Below, piece after piece: positions 36,480 through 56,643 of a stretch of 64,000 nucleotides of DNA. Under the pieces are notes generated by a model. It saw nothing but the letters and a program-made list of their open reading frames with translations. It had not been told where the DNA came from and made no database searches. The stretch is taken from positions 315,748-379,747 of the forward strand of contig JAWQFM010000026.1 in NCBI GenBank assembly GCA_033442325.1. Direction: 5' to 3'. Numbering within the stretch: position 1 is the first letter of the stretch; every line of letters starts with the position of its first letter. The stretch is from Salpingoeca rosetta. Taxonomy: Eukaryota > Protista > Choanoflagellata. A program made the position numbers and the translations under genes.

Positions 36480-39400
36480 TGTGCGAGTTCGTGTGTGTGT
36501 TTGTGTGCGAGTTCGTGTCCATCTGTGCGCGTTTGGTGGCGTGCACATGCGTGGATGTATGCACGCACCCGACCACACACCAGCTTACTGCCAATGTTGA
36601 ACCAAACGACTGCAATCGTGGGCACAGGGTGAGGATTCCGCCGCCAAGTCACCCGCCAAGAAGACAACGACGACAACCAAGGCTTCTCCACGGTGTGTAT
36701 GTGTGTGTGTGTGTATGTGTGTATGTGTGTGTGTGTGCTTGCGTCTTTGTGACACTCACTTTGCGGCCAATTGTACGCGACAGGGCAAAGTCGGCAAGTG
36801 CCAAGAAGACCCCAACTTCGGCAACCAAGGTACAGGCACAATCACACGAAAAGCACGTCAGACACAGTGCACATGCTACCCACCACTCCCACGCTCGTTG
36901 CGCACTGCTCATTCGTGACTGGCATACACCTTGTCGCGTGCTTGCGTGCATCAGCGTGGCGCCTCCAGCAGCGCCCGTACGCCCGCGCGCAAGACATCGT
37001 CGGCAGCGGGCCGGGCTGCTTCCGCCCGCACACCAGCGGTGAGATCACATTGGCAGACAAGGAGAGGAGTGAGGAAGTACTCATGCGATTGGAAATTGCA
37101 TATTCACTCGTGTACCCCCAAGTGCAATGCAGTCGCTCGTCTTTGCACGCTGTTCCTTCGACCTGCCTCCTCCTCCTAGTTCCACTCCTCACCTGCCTTT
37201 TATTCCACCCCCACCCCCGACCCAACGCATTGCTCCTTCTTCTCTTTTCCCTCCACCTTACCACTACTCCCATTCCGTGCTCCAGGGCCGTGCGACGAGC
37301 GCTACAGGCAAGGGCCGCACCCCAACGCCCCGCGCTGCTTCTTCTGCTGCTGCTTCATCGGCTGCCAAGAAGCGGCAGCAGGGCGTGCCTGCAGGCAAAC
37401 GCACGTCATCGGCTGCAGCGCGCCGCACGCCCGCCAAGTCCGCAGGTGCGGGCAAGCGTACAAGCAAAGGGCGCGCGAGCAAGGGTGGCGCGTCCCCTGC
37501 AAAGGCGACCAGTGCTGCGAAGAAGGTGAAGGAGCAGGAAGAGGAAGTGGTTGAGCAGCACGTGGTGGTCGTCTCCGATACCGTCGACATTGAGGTCATC
37601 GATGTTCCAAAGACATCCAAGACGCCATCCGACCAGGGTACGTTCGTGTGCGTGTGTGTGTGTGTGTGTGTGCGTGTGTGCTGTGTGTGTGTGTGCTGTG
37701 TGTGTGTTGTATCTCAATATCATGGGCAATGGTTATTGGCCATGTTGCTTTCAATGCTGCCACTTTGAAATACTTGTGCAGCAGTACAAATTGAACACGC
37801 AGTTCCTCTGCACGCACATGCACATGAATACAATACCCATGCTCACATACACGCACACGCACACGCACGCGCACGACAAAACATCAGGCGACTTTGACGT
37901 TGAAGAACCGACGGACGAGGAATCGGACGAGACAGCGCCGCAGCAGGAGGAAGAGCAGGAGCATGAAGGCGAAGGCGAAGACGACGGTGGCGTGAAGGTG
38001 GAGGAGGTGACGCAGACGCGCACCACTGCGCGGGTCACCACGACCACGACAAAGAAGACGACCAAGTTGTCTGCTGCTGAGGAGGCCATGAGGAAGCGCC
38101 AGCAGCGCAAGAAGACGAAGCAGCAACAGCAGCAACAAGAAGAAGAGGAGGAGGAGGACAAGGAAGAACAGCCACAGGCTGTGTCACCAACAACGGGAAA
38201 AGAAGAGGAGCAAGCGGTGGAGGGTCGGGTGCTGCCGCCCACGAGCCCGAGCATGGCGCGCGCCAGCCAGGCCAACGCCAGCACGAAACCAATTCGCTTC
38301 CGCACAGCCATGCGCGCATCGTTCCGCCACGGCAAATCCGGTGGCGGTGATGGCGATGCTGCCGCCGCCCCCACGCCAAAGGCACCACCCTCCACCTCCT
38401 CATCTGCTGCTGCTGCTGCCACACCAACGCGACAGAAAGTAGCGCGGAGTGCAAAGCCCGCGGCGCAGGTGAAGAAGACCGGCCCTGCCGTGAGCAGCAA
38501 GCCGTCGCCACCCAAGCCCGCAGCAAAGGCGCAGGACGACGAGCACCAGGAAGAGGTGCATACAGCGCCTGCGGCTGCAGAGCGTGAAGATACGTCCTCC
38601 CCCGTCTCGCTGAAGCAGAAACTTGCGGCGTACCAGCAGGCCGTATCGCACCTCGCCAGCCCAGCGCACGGCGGCGATGGCGGCGACGAGCACAAGTCGC
38701 CGGGCACGCGCCGCCGCAGCGCCAAAGTGGCAGCATACGAGGCTGCACTGGCACGTGGGGGCAGGCCGGCCGATGACAGCGATGAGGAGCACGAGCACGG
38801 GGGCGTGGCAAACGGTGAGGGTGGCGGTGATGGCGGTGGTGACGGTGGCGTTGATGCGACGCCCCGCAGCAAGGGCAGTGTTGCCGCTGTTGCCGCCAAA
38901 TACGATCAGCTTGAGGCAGAGAAGTTCCGGTCCCCTGGCATCACGCGTGCGCGCCAAGGTGGCGGCTCTCTTCGCTCGAAACTCCAAGGTGCCAGAACAC
39001 CTGCTGGTGGTTGGTGTTCTTGTGCTTGTTCTTGTTGGTGTTGGTCTTGTTCTTGTTGGTGTTGGTCTTGTTCTTGTCTGTCTGTGACCGTGTTACACGT
39101 CACACTAGTGTGTGTTGTTCACACGCATGCTCACGTGCACCTGTGCTGATTGTCTTGCAGTGTTTGAGCAGGCCAACTCTGTCACGGGCACGCCAATTGA
39201 GGAGAAGCCCATGTGAGCTTCTTTGACCACTTGTCGCGTTGTGTGTATGTCTGTGTCTGTGTGTGTGTGTTTGTGTGTCTCTGTGTGTGTGTGTGTTGGT
39301 TTGTTTGTTAGTTTGTGAGTTGTTTGTTTGTGTGCGCGCGCGTGTGTGTGCGTGTTGCTTGTTTGGTGGTTTGTGCTTGCGTTGCTGCTGCTCCACAGCA

Positions 39401-40795
39401 TCGTGAACTTGCTCGTTCATCGCCCTCCCACGCCCAACACCAATCTGCGCATGCATGTGCTCATGGGTAACGTGCAACACGCTCCTGCTGCCAACGCTCA
39501 TATCCCCCACGCAACACACCAACCCTGCCAACACCCCCCCCCCATTCCCACCTTCTGCTGCAGGAAGCGGTCCATGTCTGTGAAGGTGAAGCAGACGATG
39601 GAGCAGATGGCTGCCAGTGCCGCCAGACCCGTCGCCAAGACAGACGTGCCGGACGTGCACGTGGACCTCAGTGCAAAGGTATCAAGTCTTCGTGAGCACG
39701 CGACACGACCTGTTGCCCACAAGGAGGTGGACACCGGCACCACTGCCGCCGGTTCGCTGAAGGCGAAGATGCAGGCGCTGGAGACGGCTCAGCACAGGGA
39801 GGTCGGCACACGCACTGACACCGAATACGAGCACGTGGGCGGCAGCGGGGCAGTGCACAAGCGCGTGACGGAGGCGGAGACAGGCGCCTTTACCCACGAC
39901 GAGGACGAAGACGCTGGCGACTGCGATGCTGACAGCGGTGACGCGACGGCCGAGCAGGAGCAGGAGCAAGAGCAGGAGCAACCGGACCGCGAGGCGGCGG
40001 CTGTTGGCGGCGGCGATGACGTGAGCGCTGATCCTGAACCTGAAGAAGAGCGGGAGGAAGTGCAGAAGCGAGACGAGGAGGAAGCCAAGAACAACGAGAA
40101 GGAAGAAGACGAGGAAGAAGACGAGGCAGCTCCCGTCCACGAAGACGTCCCTCCATCCGATGACGGTGTGTGTCTGTGTGTCTGTGTGTGTGCACCTGTG
40201 TTTTGGGCTTGCTTGGACTGTGTTTCTGTTTTCTATGCGACCATGGCAAAGCCGCTTTTGTGCTCATACTGCTCCCCCAATCACGCATGACGCCACAGAG
40301 CTGCTTGAGGAGGAAGACGGAGAGGAAGAGGAGCACGTGGCGACCGGCGACGATGAAGACGTTGAGGAGGAGGAGGAAGAGGAAGAAGAAGATGAGGAGG
40401 ACATGGACGAGGAAGAGAAGGCGCTGCGTGCACGCATTCAGGAGTTGCAGCGGCAACTTGCCAATGATGATGGTGATGATGAAGAAGAGGAAGAGGAGGA
40501 GATGGAAGAAGAAGAGGAAGAAGAAGAGCAGGAAGAACAGGAGGAGGAGAAGGAGGAGGAGGAAGGTGGGGTGACGCTGATGGAAGATGAAGACCTGTAT
40601 GATGAGGTGGAGATGGTGAGCGCCAGGCAGGCTGGTGATGACGATGATGGCAGCAAGGACGAACAGATCAATGGGGATGACAACGACGAGGATGATGACG
40701 TCGACTTTGATGATGATGATGACCCCTCAGCGCTGCTTGGTGATGATGGTGACCAGCCATCGCGCCAGCTCCACGAGAGCAACCCCTTTGCCTGA
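35569..40795 (+). CDS. N-terminal CAP-Gly domain protein with a long basic, then acidic, low-complexity tail; multi-exon
   Basis: Spliced MSSAK|[32 protein letters not shown]|[13 protein letters not shown]|[24 protein letters not shown]. Large exons at ~37888-38957, ~39563-40165 and ~40300-40795, ending ESNPFA*. Confidence 0.85.
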
Positions 40796-40841
40796 TGTGT
40801 CTGTGTCTGTGTCTGTCTGTCTGTCTGTGTCTGTGCGTGTG

Positions 40842-40896
<55 letters not shown>

Positions 40897-41022
40897 GTCA
40901 TCACGCACAACAACAACGCTGCTGCTTGTCTCTGTTTTTCTGTATGGTCGCGGTACGTCGCGGTTACATGCGACACCATAAAAGTCGAACGACCCATATC
41001 CAAGAAACCGCGCCACTGAACG

Positions 41023-41519
41023 ATGCCACCGAAAGCGACACATCTTGTGCCTGGCAAGTGGCCAGAGCAGCTGGAGACAGCCTTGTTCCACGCCATGCTC
41101 AACCACAGAGTGGCAGGTACTGTGTGTCTGTGTGTCTGTGTGTGTGTGTGTCTGTGTGTGTGTGTGTGTCTGTGTTTGTGTCTGTCTGTGTGTGTCTGTC
41201 TGTGTGTGTCTGTCTGTGTGTGTTTGTCGTTGCTCTTTCTGCCACTGCCGCCCTGCTACCGACATGTGGTTGCAGTCCGCTTCATTCGCCTCACGTCTTT
41301 TCCGTCTACAACACTAATGCACTCATTACACGCGTGCACGCACACGCACACACAGGCGTGCACAAGCACATGAACATGGCCATGGTGTACATGCAGTTGG
41401 TGCGACTAGAGCCCTCCCTTACTGTCAAGGACATCTGGGATCACCTGGCCACCATGTATGACCTCGACGAACTGGTAAGTACGGTGTGTTTGTCTGTGTG
41501 TTGTGCGTGCGTGCGCGTG

Positions 41520-41585
<66 letters not shown>

Positions 41586-41593
41586 GTATGTGT

Positions 41594-41663
<70 letters not shown>

Positions 41664-41869
41664 GTCCATCGTTACGTCCCTGCCTGCGCTTGCGTGCGTG
41701 CGTGCGTGCCAACGCCCTCCATCCGCTTCCCCCGTTTCGCCTCACTCGCTCTATGTGTATGTGTGTGTATGTGTGTGTGTGTGATCCATGATCACAGGAC
41801 GAGTTGGAAGACGGATCTTGGGTCGCGGCACTGGAGGCAATGGGCAAGAAGGCGCCAAAGTTCACATAG
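41023..41869 (+). CDS. MRGBP: MRGBP/Eaf7-like NuA4/TIP60 subunit (3 exons)
   Basis: WPEQLETALFHAMLNHRVAG|VHKHMNMAMV…KDIWDHLATMYDLDEL|DELE…KFT*, matching the Eaf7 motif W..E.E..LF.AM..H...G...H..M…IW.HL.T.YD. Confidence 0.9.
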
Positions 41870-41872
41870 CTG

Positions 41873-41932
<60 letters not shown>

Positions 41933-42432
41933 TGTGGTTGGAAACGACACCCTATGCCTGCTACCATGTTCCTTTGTTGCGCCATCATCCCTGTCTGTGG
42001 TCGTCGCGCTGGTTCGCGACCATGTGCAAGCTGACCGCCAGGTGCTGTTGACGGCACTGCGGCTCTTGCAATGCAATTCCCTTCCTGTTGTGCCACTGAC
42101 TCTTCTCGCTGGGCTGCTCGTGAGGTGATTGGAGTTTAACTGCATCAAGGCAGCACACATGCATGTGCCCTTGAAACGATTGGGTGTAGCAACGTCTGTT
42201 CAAGCAACACCACCTGTGCTCCACAGTAACAGCAACAACAGCAAGGTTGCAGAGACAGTGCAGAGAAGGAGAGAAACAGACAGACAGACGGAGACAGACA
42301 GACAGACAGCACAGATAGTACAGAGAGGGAGGGCGAGAGAGAGAGAGATACAAACACACACGCGCACACACGCACGCACACACAGGTACAAACACACATA
42401 CGCACACATGCCCACCAACGCGTCCACGATCA

Positions 42433-42832
42433 TCATGCATTGTTGACGTGTGCAGTGTCATCTTCTCCTCTAGCGCCCATTGCCTGCTGATCTCCGCCCT
42501 GTGCGTCTTGTTCCACATCCCCCTCCTGTTGTTGCTGCTGCTGCTGTCGCTCCTCCTGCAACAGACCCAGCGCCACCTCCGTGATTACCGGCGTTGGCAG
42601 CGCCTGCAGCCTCGCCACATCGCACTGGAGGCGGGATGCGGTGGCGGCGATGAGCGTGTTGCGCACCATCTCGTCGTCGGGGTCTTCGCCAAGCACCGAT
42701 CCCGGTGTGCGGCCTGGTGGTGGGAGGCGACGAGCGGTGGTGGGCGGCGAGGCGAGGTTGAGGAAGGGAGGGGGGGAGGGAAGGCTGAGGTCGCACTCAA
42801 CACGAACCCCATCAAGACACAAAAGGCACGAC

Positions 42833-42870
<38 letters not shown>

Positions 42871-43492
42871 CACACACCTACCTGACATGAGGGCTACTGC
42901 TTGGATGGCAGCGAGGGAGTCGTGAAGATATACGCTGCGGCGTCTGCGCGCCTCAAACACGGCTCGGTTGAACACGGCCTCGTGCATGTCCTTCCCTGTG
43001 CGAATCGAGAAAAGGAACACGGTAACAACGTAAGACAGACGCACATTCACATGCGCGCATACGCACATACGCACAAACGCACTCACATACACCGACACAC
43101 AAGCACACACACAGGCAAACACTGACCTATGTACACATGTACAAACGCAGCACGTCGTACCTTTGATCTGTTCCAGTTCCTCTTGGCATGTCTCAAGCTT
43201 GGCCTGCTCCTTGAGGAGGAGTCCTGCCGCAGCCACAAACAGAGTAGACCGCGCACGATGAATTGAGGAATTGCTGCGACCAAACAGAGCAGCCGGGCAT
43301 TGGCAGCAAGGAAGGAAGCAGCACAAACACGATAGTTGCGTACCGTTCTCCTCCACGACAACCTCACGCCGCTCCTTCCGCAACTTGTTTCGATCGTCAA
43401 CAAGCATCTTCAGCTGTTCCCGACAGTCGCTGGTGTGCAAGCACAAGCACCACCAAGCCCAGGAGACCAACTGTGAATACACAGCCCCTCTT

Positions 43493-43548
<56 letters not shown>

Positions 43549-43740
43549 ACACACACACATACACACGCACACGCACACACACACGCACACCAACCTGATG
43601 ATGTTGAGGGAGTTGTCATAGGCGCGTTCCTGGCGTTCAAGTTGCTTCTCCAGCGTGGATCGCTCCACAAACACATACACGTTCAGCGCAAGCAGCGCAA
43701 CCAGCGCCAGCACGCTCATCCGCATCCGTGACACCAGCAT
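42433..43740 (-). CDS. Hypothetical type II membrane / signal-anchor protein with coiled coil (Golgi-protein-like); multi-exon
   Basis: MLVSRMRMSVLALVALLALNVYVFV followed by coiled-coil exons (EKQLERQERAY, EQLKMLVDDRNKLRKERRE, LLKEQAKLETCQEELEQIK). Confidence 0.6.
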
Positions 43741-44002
43741 GATGATGGCATTCAACAACGCGGTTGTTGCCGTTGTCAGTGGTTGGAAATGAATCAGAGA
43801 GGAGCGATTATTAATGGCCGTTATTGTTGTTTCTGTTGACGATCGAGCCAGTGCTGCCAATCACTCCTCCTCAAGAGGCGTCCTCTCTCGTCCATTCCTC
43901 CCCCCCCCCCCTGTCCCCCCGTCCTGCTTGTCTTGCTGACCAAGGTAGCACCATTTGCTTGCTGTTTCAGTGACACGGTCGTTGAAGAAGAAGAAAAAGA
44001 CC

Positions 44003-44162
44003 ATGGCATCGCCATCCCGGACCTTTCAGCGGGGCGTATCCTTGCTGGTTGTGATCGCCGCCGTCGCGCTCTTCGTGAACGGATACCTGTACCAGACAAG
44101 GAAGCCCCACCTCGGCGAGCTCTTGGCCCGTAACCACGAGAAGACCATCATAGCCACGTATG

Positions 44163-44211
<49 letters not shown>

Positions 44212-44430
44212 TTTGTGTGTGTGTGTGTGTGTGTGTCTGTGTCTGTGTGTCTGTGTGTCTGTGTGTCTGTGTGTCTGTGTGCCTCTGGAAAGCACTGCAT
44301 TGCTGGCTTGCTCTGGCGTTGTCGTCTCTTCACAACCCCTTCTCGCCTTCCTTCACCTTGTTCTACGCATTTGACATGGGATGTTCAGGCACGGGAGATG
44401 GCCGTCGATGCTTTGAAGAACACCGCATAA
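44003..44430 (+). CDS. Small putative single-pass membrane protein (about 60 aa; second exon uncertain)
   Basis: MASPSRTFQRGVSLLVVIAAVALFVNGYLYQTRKPHLGELLARNHEKTIIAT, then GT donor, (TG)n intron and ttcag acceptor at ~44388. Confidence 0.45.
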
Positions 44431-45392
44431 TCCAAAGCAAATGCCCCTCCCCTCCCACTTCAATGTTATTGTTGTTGCCCGCACTTCTCCGAGCATCCTA
44501 CACCACCACACCCTCCCCCTCCCCCTCATCTCCCATGTATGTAGCACACGTGCGTACTTTCGTGTGCATCCTTGTTGTGCCACGGAAACACCCTTGTTTG
44601 TCATCCACACGCTTGTGCATGTGCAGCGACCAATGTGTTGTTGAAGGCATGTTTTACTTCGGTGGCTCGGCATCAGTCGCACCACCAGCACTGAATTACG
44701 ACGCAAGCACGACAAGCATAATGCCAACACGCACTCACAAGAAAGCGTAGAGCGCACGCACACATGCACAACCAGCACAGCGTGCGAGCGTGGACGTGGT
44801 GGCATGCGAGTGCGTGTCGGGTCAAGCAAGGGGACACAACAAACACACACACACACACACGCTGTACACAACCACGACATCATGCGCGCAATGTGTGATA
44901 CTCACAAAACCACAAAACCAAAACAACGTGTCATGATCAACAGGAGTGTGCGCAAAGCAGGCAGGCAAGAAGGCATATGAAGCAGCAAGCAGCAAGTGAA
45001 TGAAAGCACAACACACGTGACGTGTGTGACGATGCAAACTTAATGAAAATGACATGACCATGGTGACAAAAGCTAAAGACAGCAGAGGAACACAAGCGAC
45101 AACAGGCAATGAGCGTGGGCATGAGAGGAAACCTCACATCCACACGCACGCAAGAGGGGAGCGCATCAAGGAGCAGTAACGAGAGGCACGTGCATCAACG
45201 AAAACCAGACAGGAAAGACACCTGGATTCAGCAACACCAGAACACTCCCGCACCAAGGAAGCCATCCGTAACCATTTCAAACCCAGGGGCACAATCAACC
45301 AACCAACACAACCCATACAAACCCATCCAACCCATACACACCCACACAAACCCACCCAATCCAACCACGTGCCCTGGGTGCTGGCCCATCCA

Positions 45393-51324
<5,932 letters not shown>

Positions 51325-51634
51325 GGCTGGTGCAGGTCGATGACAACGAACACGATGTTATGTGGATCCTTGCAGGGCACCAAGACAGAGAGCGGCAGTG
51401 GGTTTCCGTGCCTTCTTCGGCGTCTGATCTGAAAGTGTTCAACAGGAAGGCCCACAGCAATACACAACGTGAGTGTGTGACCTCGCAAGCGGCTGGAGTA
51501 GGGCGCGTCGTGCGCTTCCACCTCCTCCACACACACACACACACACGGGTGGAGTCAGCATCGTGAACAGTCAAGGACGTGGTTGGGGCGAAGCCACGCG
51601 CTTTGCGCAGACATTGCTGATCGCTGTGCTTTTT

Positions 51635-51734
<100 letters not shown>

Positions 51735-52342
51735 CCCGTTTCGCCCATCGTCAGCACTCACTCACCGATCACACCTGTGCACCGCAGGGCGTGTGCAGAT
51801 GACCCTGAAACAAACCAACAAGGCAGAGTAAGGGAGGAGGATCAACACAAGCAGTCGCTGCTGTTGCTGCTACTGTAAGCGAGAGAGGGGAGAGAAGAGA
51901 CACTGTGTGGTGTACAACGGCACCACCAACAACAAAGCAAAGCAGGAAGCGCACAAGCAGCAGCGCACAGCAAAGCAGACAGGTGAGGGTGGTGCTGAGG
52001 AGGAGGAGCAGCAACCCAACAAACAACAACAACAATCAAACAAGAGAGAGGGGAAGGCAACAAGGGGAGGGGCGAAAGGTGTCGGGCTGAATCGCACGGT
52101 ATTTGTGAATGACACACGTGAATTTTCTCAGGCAACGACCAGCCTGACACAAAACAGGCCCACAGCAGCAACCACGCACGACCAGCAACTGTTGCAAGGA
52201 AGCGGAAGCAGGGTGGACGAACAGAATCACACACAAGCAGATCCAGCACACAAACAACACCCAAATACACACACACACACACCACAAGCACACAAGCACA
52301 CACCACGCACGCACACAAGCACACACGCACACATCAGAGGCG

Positions 52343-53230
52343 ATGGGGACGTGTCTGCAACAAGTCCTGGCTGGGTTTGAGAGATATGGGGAAGGGTTCG
52401 ATGTGGCAACGGCGATTCGGCTGCGATCAGATGAGCTGCGACAGTCCTTGGGCATCGACGAGCACAACCAAGCGAAGAAAGGGCAGGCACACCATCGGAG
52501 CGGGCAGACACGTGACGTGTTGTCTGCTTGGGGCAAGGACGTTGCAGACGCGCTGCCGCCATCAACGGCCGCATCGCAGCGAGGCCGGTCGTCGCATCGG
52601 CCTGCCAGCAGCGGGGGTGGGATGGACAGCCTCTACCGCGGCGGCCAGGAGGAAGTGGAGATGAAGAAGGGCAAGAAGCGGCCAGACTCTGCTGCGCATG
52701 GTAAGCAGCGCCATGGCGATGGCAGCGACGGCGGCAAGCAGGGCGGGAACGTGACCACGGACCTGTTTCGTGGCGGCACATTCGAGTACACGCAACAGAA
52801 GCGCAAGACGGGGACGGCGCGACAGCAGTCTGATCCGTGGAGCGCAGAGACAGAGGATGATCGCACGCTGCAGCGGGCGCTGGGCCGGTCGCTGCAGCAA
52901 CAGGAGCGTGCCAGGAAGCGCATTGGCAAGACAAACAGTGATGGGGACACGGCCAGCCGCGTGTTTGGTGGGGCGCGCGGTGAGACTGGCGCCGGCACCG
53001 GTGTTGCTGACGATCCCCTGCGCGTCACGGGCACTGGGCGCGCACGGAGGTCCAGGCCGGCATCAGCGGCGAGGGAGACGCGCAACCGCATCTTTGCAGA
53101 CGCGAACGGCGGTGCTGGGGTCGATGAGCATCTGCCGCGCGGCCGTCGCATCACCAACCCCGCAGCCTATGCCCGAACAGACCCTTGGTCCTCCACTGCA
53201 ACACATGTCAATGCCTATCAGAAGCGATGA
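52343..53230 (+). CDS. Hypothetical hydrophilic protein, 295 aa, single exon, N-terminal MGTC
   Basis: Long microsatellite-free, GC-rich ORF with no recognisable domain. Confidence 0.6.
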   Translation: MGTCLQQVLAGFERYGEGFDVATAIRLRSDELRQSLGIDEHNQAKKGQAHHRSGQTRDVLSAWGKDVADALPPSTAASQRGRSSHRPASSGGGMDSLYRGGQEEVEMKKGKKRPDSAAHGKQRHGDGSDGGKQGGNVTTDLFRGGTFEYTQQKRKTGTARQQSDPWSAETEDDRTLQRALGRSLQQQERARKRIGKTNSDGDTASRVFGGARGETGAGTGVADDPLRVTGTGRARRSRPASAARETRNRIFADANGGAGVDEHLPRGRRITNPAAYARTDPWSSTATHVNAYQKR

Positions 53231-53454
53231 CGCTTTGCACGTCTGTCTCTTTGTATGTCTGTGTCTGTGTCTGTGTCTGTGTCTGTGTCTGTGAGTCCCT
53301 CTGCCTCCCTGCGTCTGCGTGTGTTTTGTTAGCTGCCCCTTGATTTGTTACACCTGGCGTCGCTGGTTCGAGCCGAATGTCACATCACAACCATCGTCGT
53401 TGCCAACAACCAAAACCGTTACCGAAGCAAGTCGTGGTCGAGAGCCAAGCAAGC

Positions 53455-54759
53455 ATGAGCACACGAAAGCCATCGGGTGATGCGCGGGTGCCAGGGCGCG
53501 CTGCTCACCGTGGGCGGGCTCGCACGAGTGGGATGAGGATGCAGCAGGCACGTCGCCGTCAACCCAGGAGGCGGGATGCCACAGCAGCATACCTCACATG
53601 GGCAACGTACGACACAATGATGCCTTGTGTCTGCGTGTGTGGGTGTGTGGGTGGGTGTGGGTGTATCTGTCTGTCTGTCTCTCTCTGTGTCTGTCTGTCT
53701 GTCTGTGTGTGTGTGTGTGTGTGTGTCTGTCTCTCTGTCTCTCTGTCTCTCTGTGTGAGGGGGGATGGGTAAGAACCGCGACATGACGTGAGACCAAGCC
53801 TTGATTGATTGGCCATCAACCTCACGTTCATGTGCCATGACGGCAGGCTGCCAGAGGAGCTGTTGGAGCACATCTTTTCCTGGCTGCATCCCGTTGATAT
53901 CCTTCGATGCGCGTGCACGTGCAAGCACTGGCAAGCGGCCTCCCAGCAACAGTGAGTTGGAGGCACCGGCAACACCCAGACACCTTGACCTGCCACCACC
54001 AGCTTCACCACATGTGACATAACCTGCGTCTGCTCACACGGTTTTCTTTGATGGGTCTTGACTTGACAGGCGGCTGTGGAAGGATGTGTTTGCGCGCCGC
54101 TTCCCAAAGCTGGTCCCCAAAGTGAGCGGCAATGCAATCACCTGGCGACAACAGTGCCTCACAAGGTGTAGATGAAAATGTGTAGATCTGTGTAGATGTG
54201 TGTCTGTTTATGTGTGTATGTGTCTGTCTGTCTGTCTGTTTGCCTGTCTGTCTGCCTGCCTGCCTGTATGAACATGGATGGCTAATGCATGTATGGTGTG
54301 GTTCCGTTTGTTGTTCGTGCATCCACACATGCCCCCTCGAAACGACGTCGTGTCGTCTCAACCAGGATCTTCAAGTCACGACAGGCATTTATGCAGCGGG
54401 CAGGCGCACTGACACCAGACAGATACACGGGGAGCCAGGACTTGGGCAACTTTCTGAGGTGTGGGTGCATGTGTGTGTGTGTGTGTGCTGAACACGTGCT
54501 TTCAGTGCTTCCTTGCGTCACCATGTACTCCTGCTCGTGCTTGCTCCTGTTCCCTTTGCTGACACACACACACACACACACACCGTTCCAATTCCGTATG
54601 ACAGGCAAGCAAGTGCTGTCTTCGTGTTGCGCATTACAGCAGACAACCAAACCCACAACGTCATCGCAAAGCACATCAAATCTGCTGAGCACAGACTTGG
54701 CACCGTTGTCCAATGGACCAAGAAGTCAGTCATGCACGTCTGTCTGTGTGTGTGTGTCT

Positions 54760-54823
<64 letters not shown>

Positions 54824-54971
54824 GTGGGTGGGTGGGTGGGTGGGTGGGTGTCTGGGTGTCTGGGTGTCTGGGTGTGTGTCTGGGTGTCTGGGTGTGTGTG
54901 TGTGTGTCTCTCTCTCTCTCTCTTTCCGTGCCTGCTCTCCGTGGTGCGACATTGCCCCTTCTCTGCTTCCG

Positions 54972-55026
<55 letters not shown>

Positions 55027-56605
55027 CATGCACACACACACACACACATGCACACACACACACACACACGGGCAACACACGCCACGTGCACCTGTGGTTT
55101 GTTCAGGCTGAACGAGATTGATTGGCAGCGCGTCGATTCTGTATCTGTCCTTCTCTCCATCATCGCTGATCCCCGCCTCGACGCATGCAGGCGCGTCCCT
55201 CCTCCCGCCTCCCATTCGATGACAAAGGCGATGACGACGACGACTTGCAATGATGGAGCTCACATGGCTACTGCTGTGCTGTGGTCTTGCCCTCTGCGCG
55301 TGCGTGTGTACGTGTGTTGTAGGTCCAGGGCGCGGGTGTTGCTGTGCCGCTCGCACGTATACAAGCATGCGACAGTGACGGCAGCTCCGCCCGTGGCCCA
55401 AACCGATTTGGTGTCGCTGACCACGCTCGACCGCAGTCTTGTTCTCGGGCTCTGGAAGGTGTGTGTGTGTGTCTGGGTGTCTGGGTGTCTATGTCTGTGT
55501 GTGTGTGTGAGTGTATTTGTGTCTATGTCTGTGTGTGTGTGTGTGTGTGTGAGTGTGTTCGTGTCTATGTCTGTGTGTGAGTGTGTCTATGTCTGTATGT
55601 GTGAGTGTGTTTGTGTCCATGTCCGTGTGTGAGTGTGTCTGAATACAAGAGCGTGTTCTTTCCTGTCTGTGTGTCTCAATGTAAGTGTGCGTGTTCACAA
55701 CAATTCAATCTTCCCGCGTTTCTTCTTCGATGTACCCTACTCCCCTTTGGTCGTCGTCGCACTGCACCGCTTGTTAGGATGACCCATCCCACACGCCGGC
55801 ATTTGTTGCGCTCAACGTCACATATGCCGCCCTCCTCGGCGCAGTTCTGCACGCGTCGGAAACGAGGTGCTCGTGGGTGCTGTTGCTGCTGCTGTGACGT
55901 TCGTGGCGCCGGTGCTGTTGTTGATGTGCATGATCTTTCATGTTACACCCCTCACTCATGCGTTTACCACGTTGGTGTGTGCTTGCCTCTTTGCTTTTCC
56001 TGTAGGATGTACGTGCCCCCACCAGCAGCTGCTGTTGACGACGACATTAGCACGAGATACGGTGCGAACACACACACACACGCGCGCGCGCGCACTCACA
56101 CACTCATACACACACACTCACTCACTCACTCACTCACTCACTCACACCCCCAAAAACGCCTTCGCAAGCGTGCATGCCTGTGTGTATGTGCCGTGGCAAT
56201 GTGCCTGGCCACGTTTACCGTGTAATCACCGCGTTGTACATCGAACCTGCGCTGATGTTTGTTTCTGCGTCGCCATGCCTCTCCTCAATCCCCATGTGCA
56301 GGCATGATTGATTATCACGTGGTTGTGCAAGTGCGCACGTTACAACACACCGTGTTCTTGAACGCCTTCTCTCCAGTGGACTGTTTGCCAACCTTCACCT
56401 CTCTAGGTCAGTGCGTGTATGTGTATGTGGCAGTGCGAATATGAACTTTGTTTGACACCAACCAATGATCTGCAATTTGTCGCTGCATTTGCTGATGTTG
56501 ACACACACGCGTGTGTGCATCGACGCACAAAACCTCACTCACACGCACACACTCACACACACTCACACACACACACACACACACTCACTCATTCACTCAA
56601 TCTCT

Positions 56606-56643
<38 letters not shown>

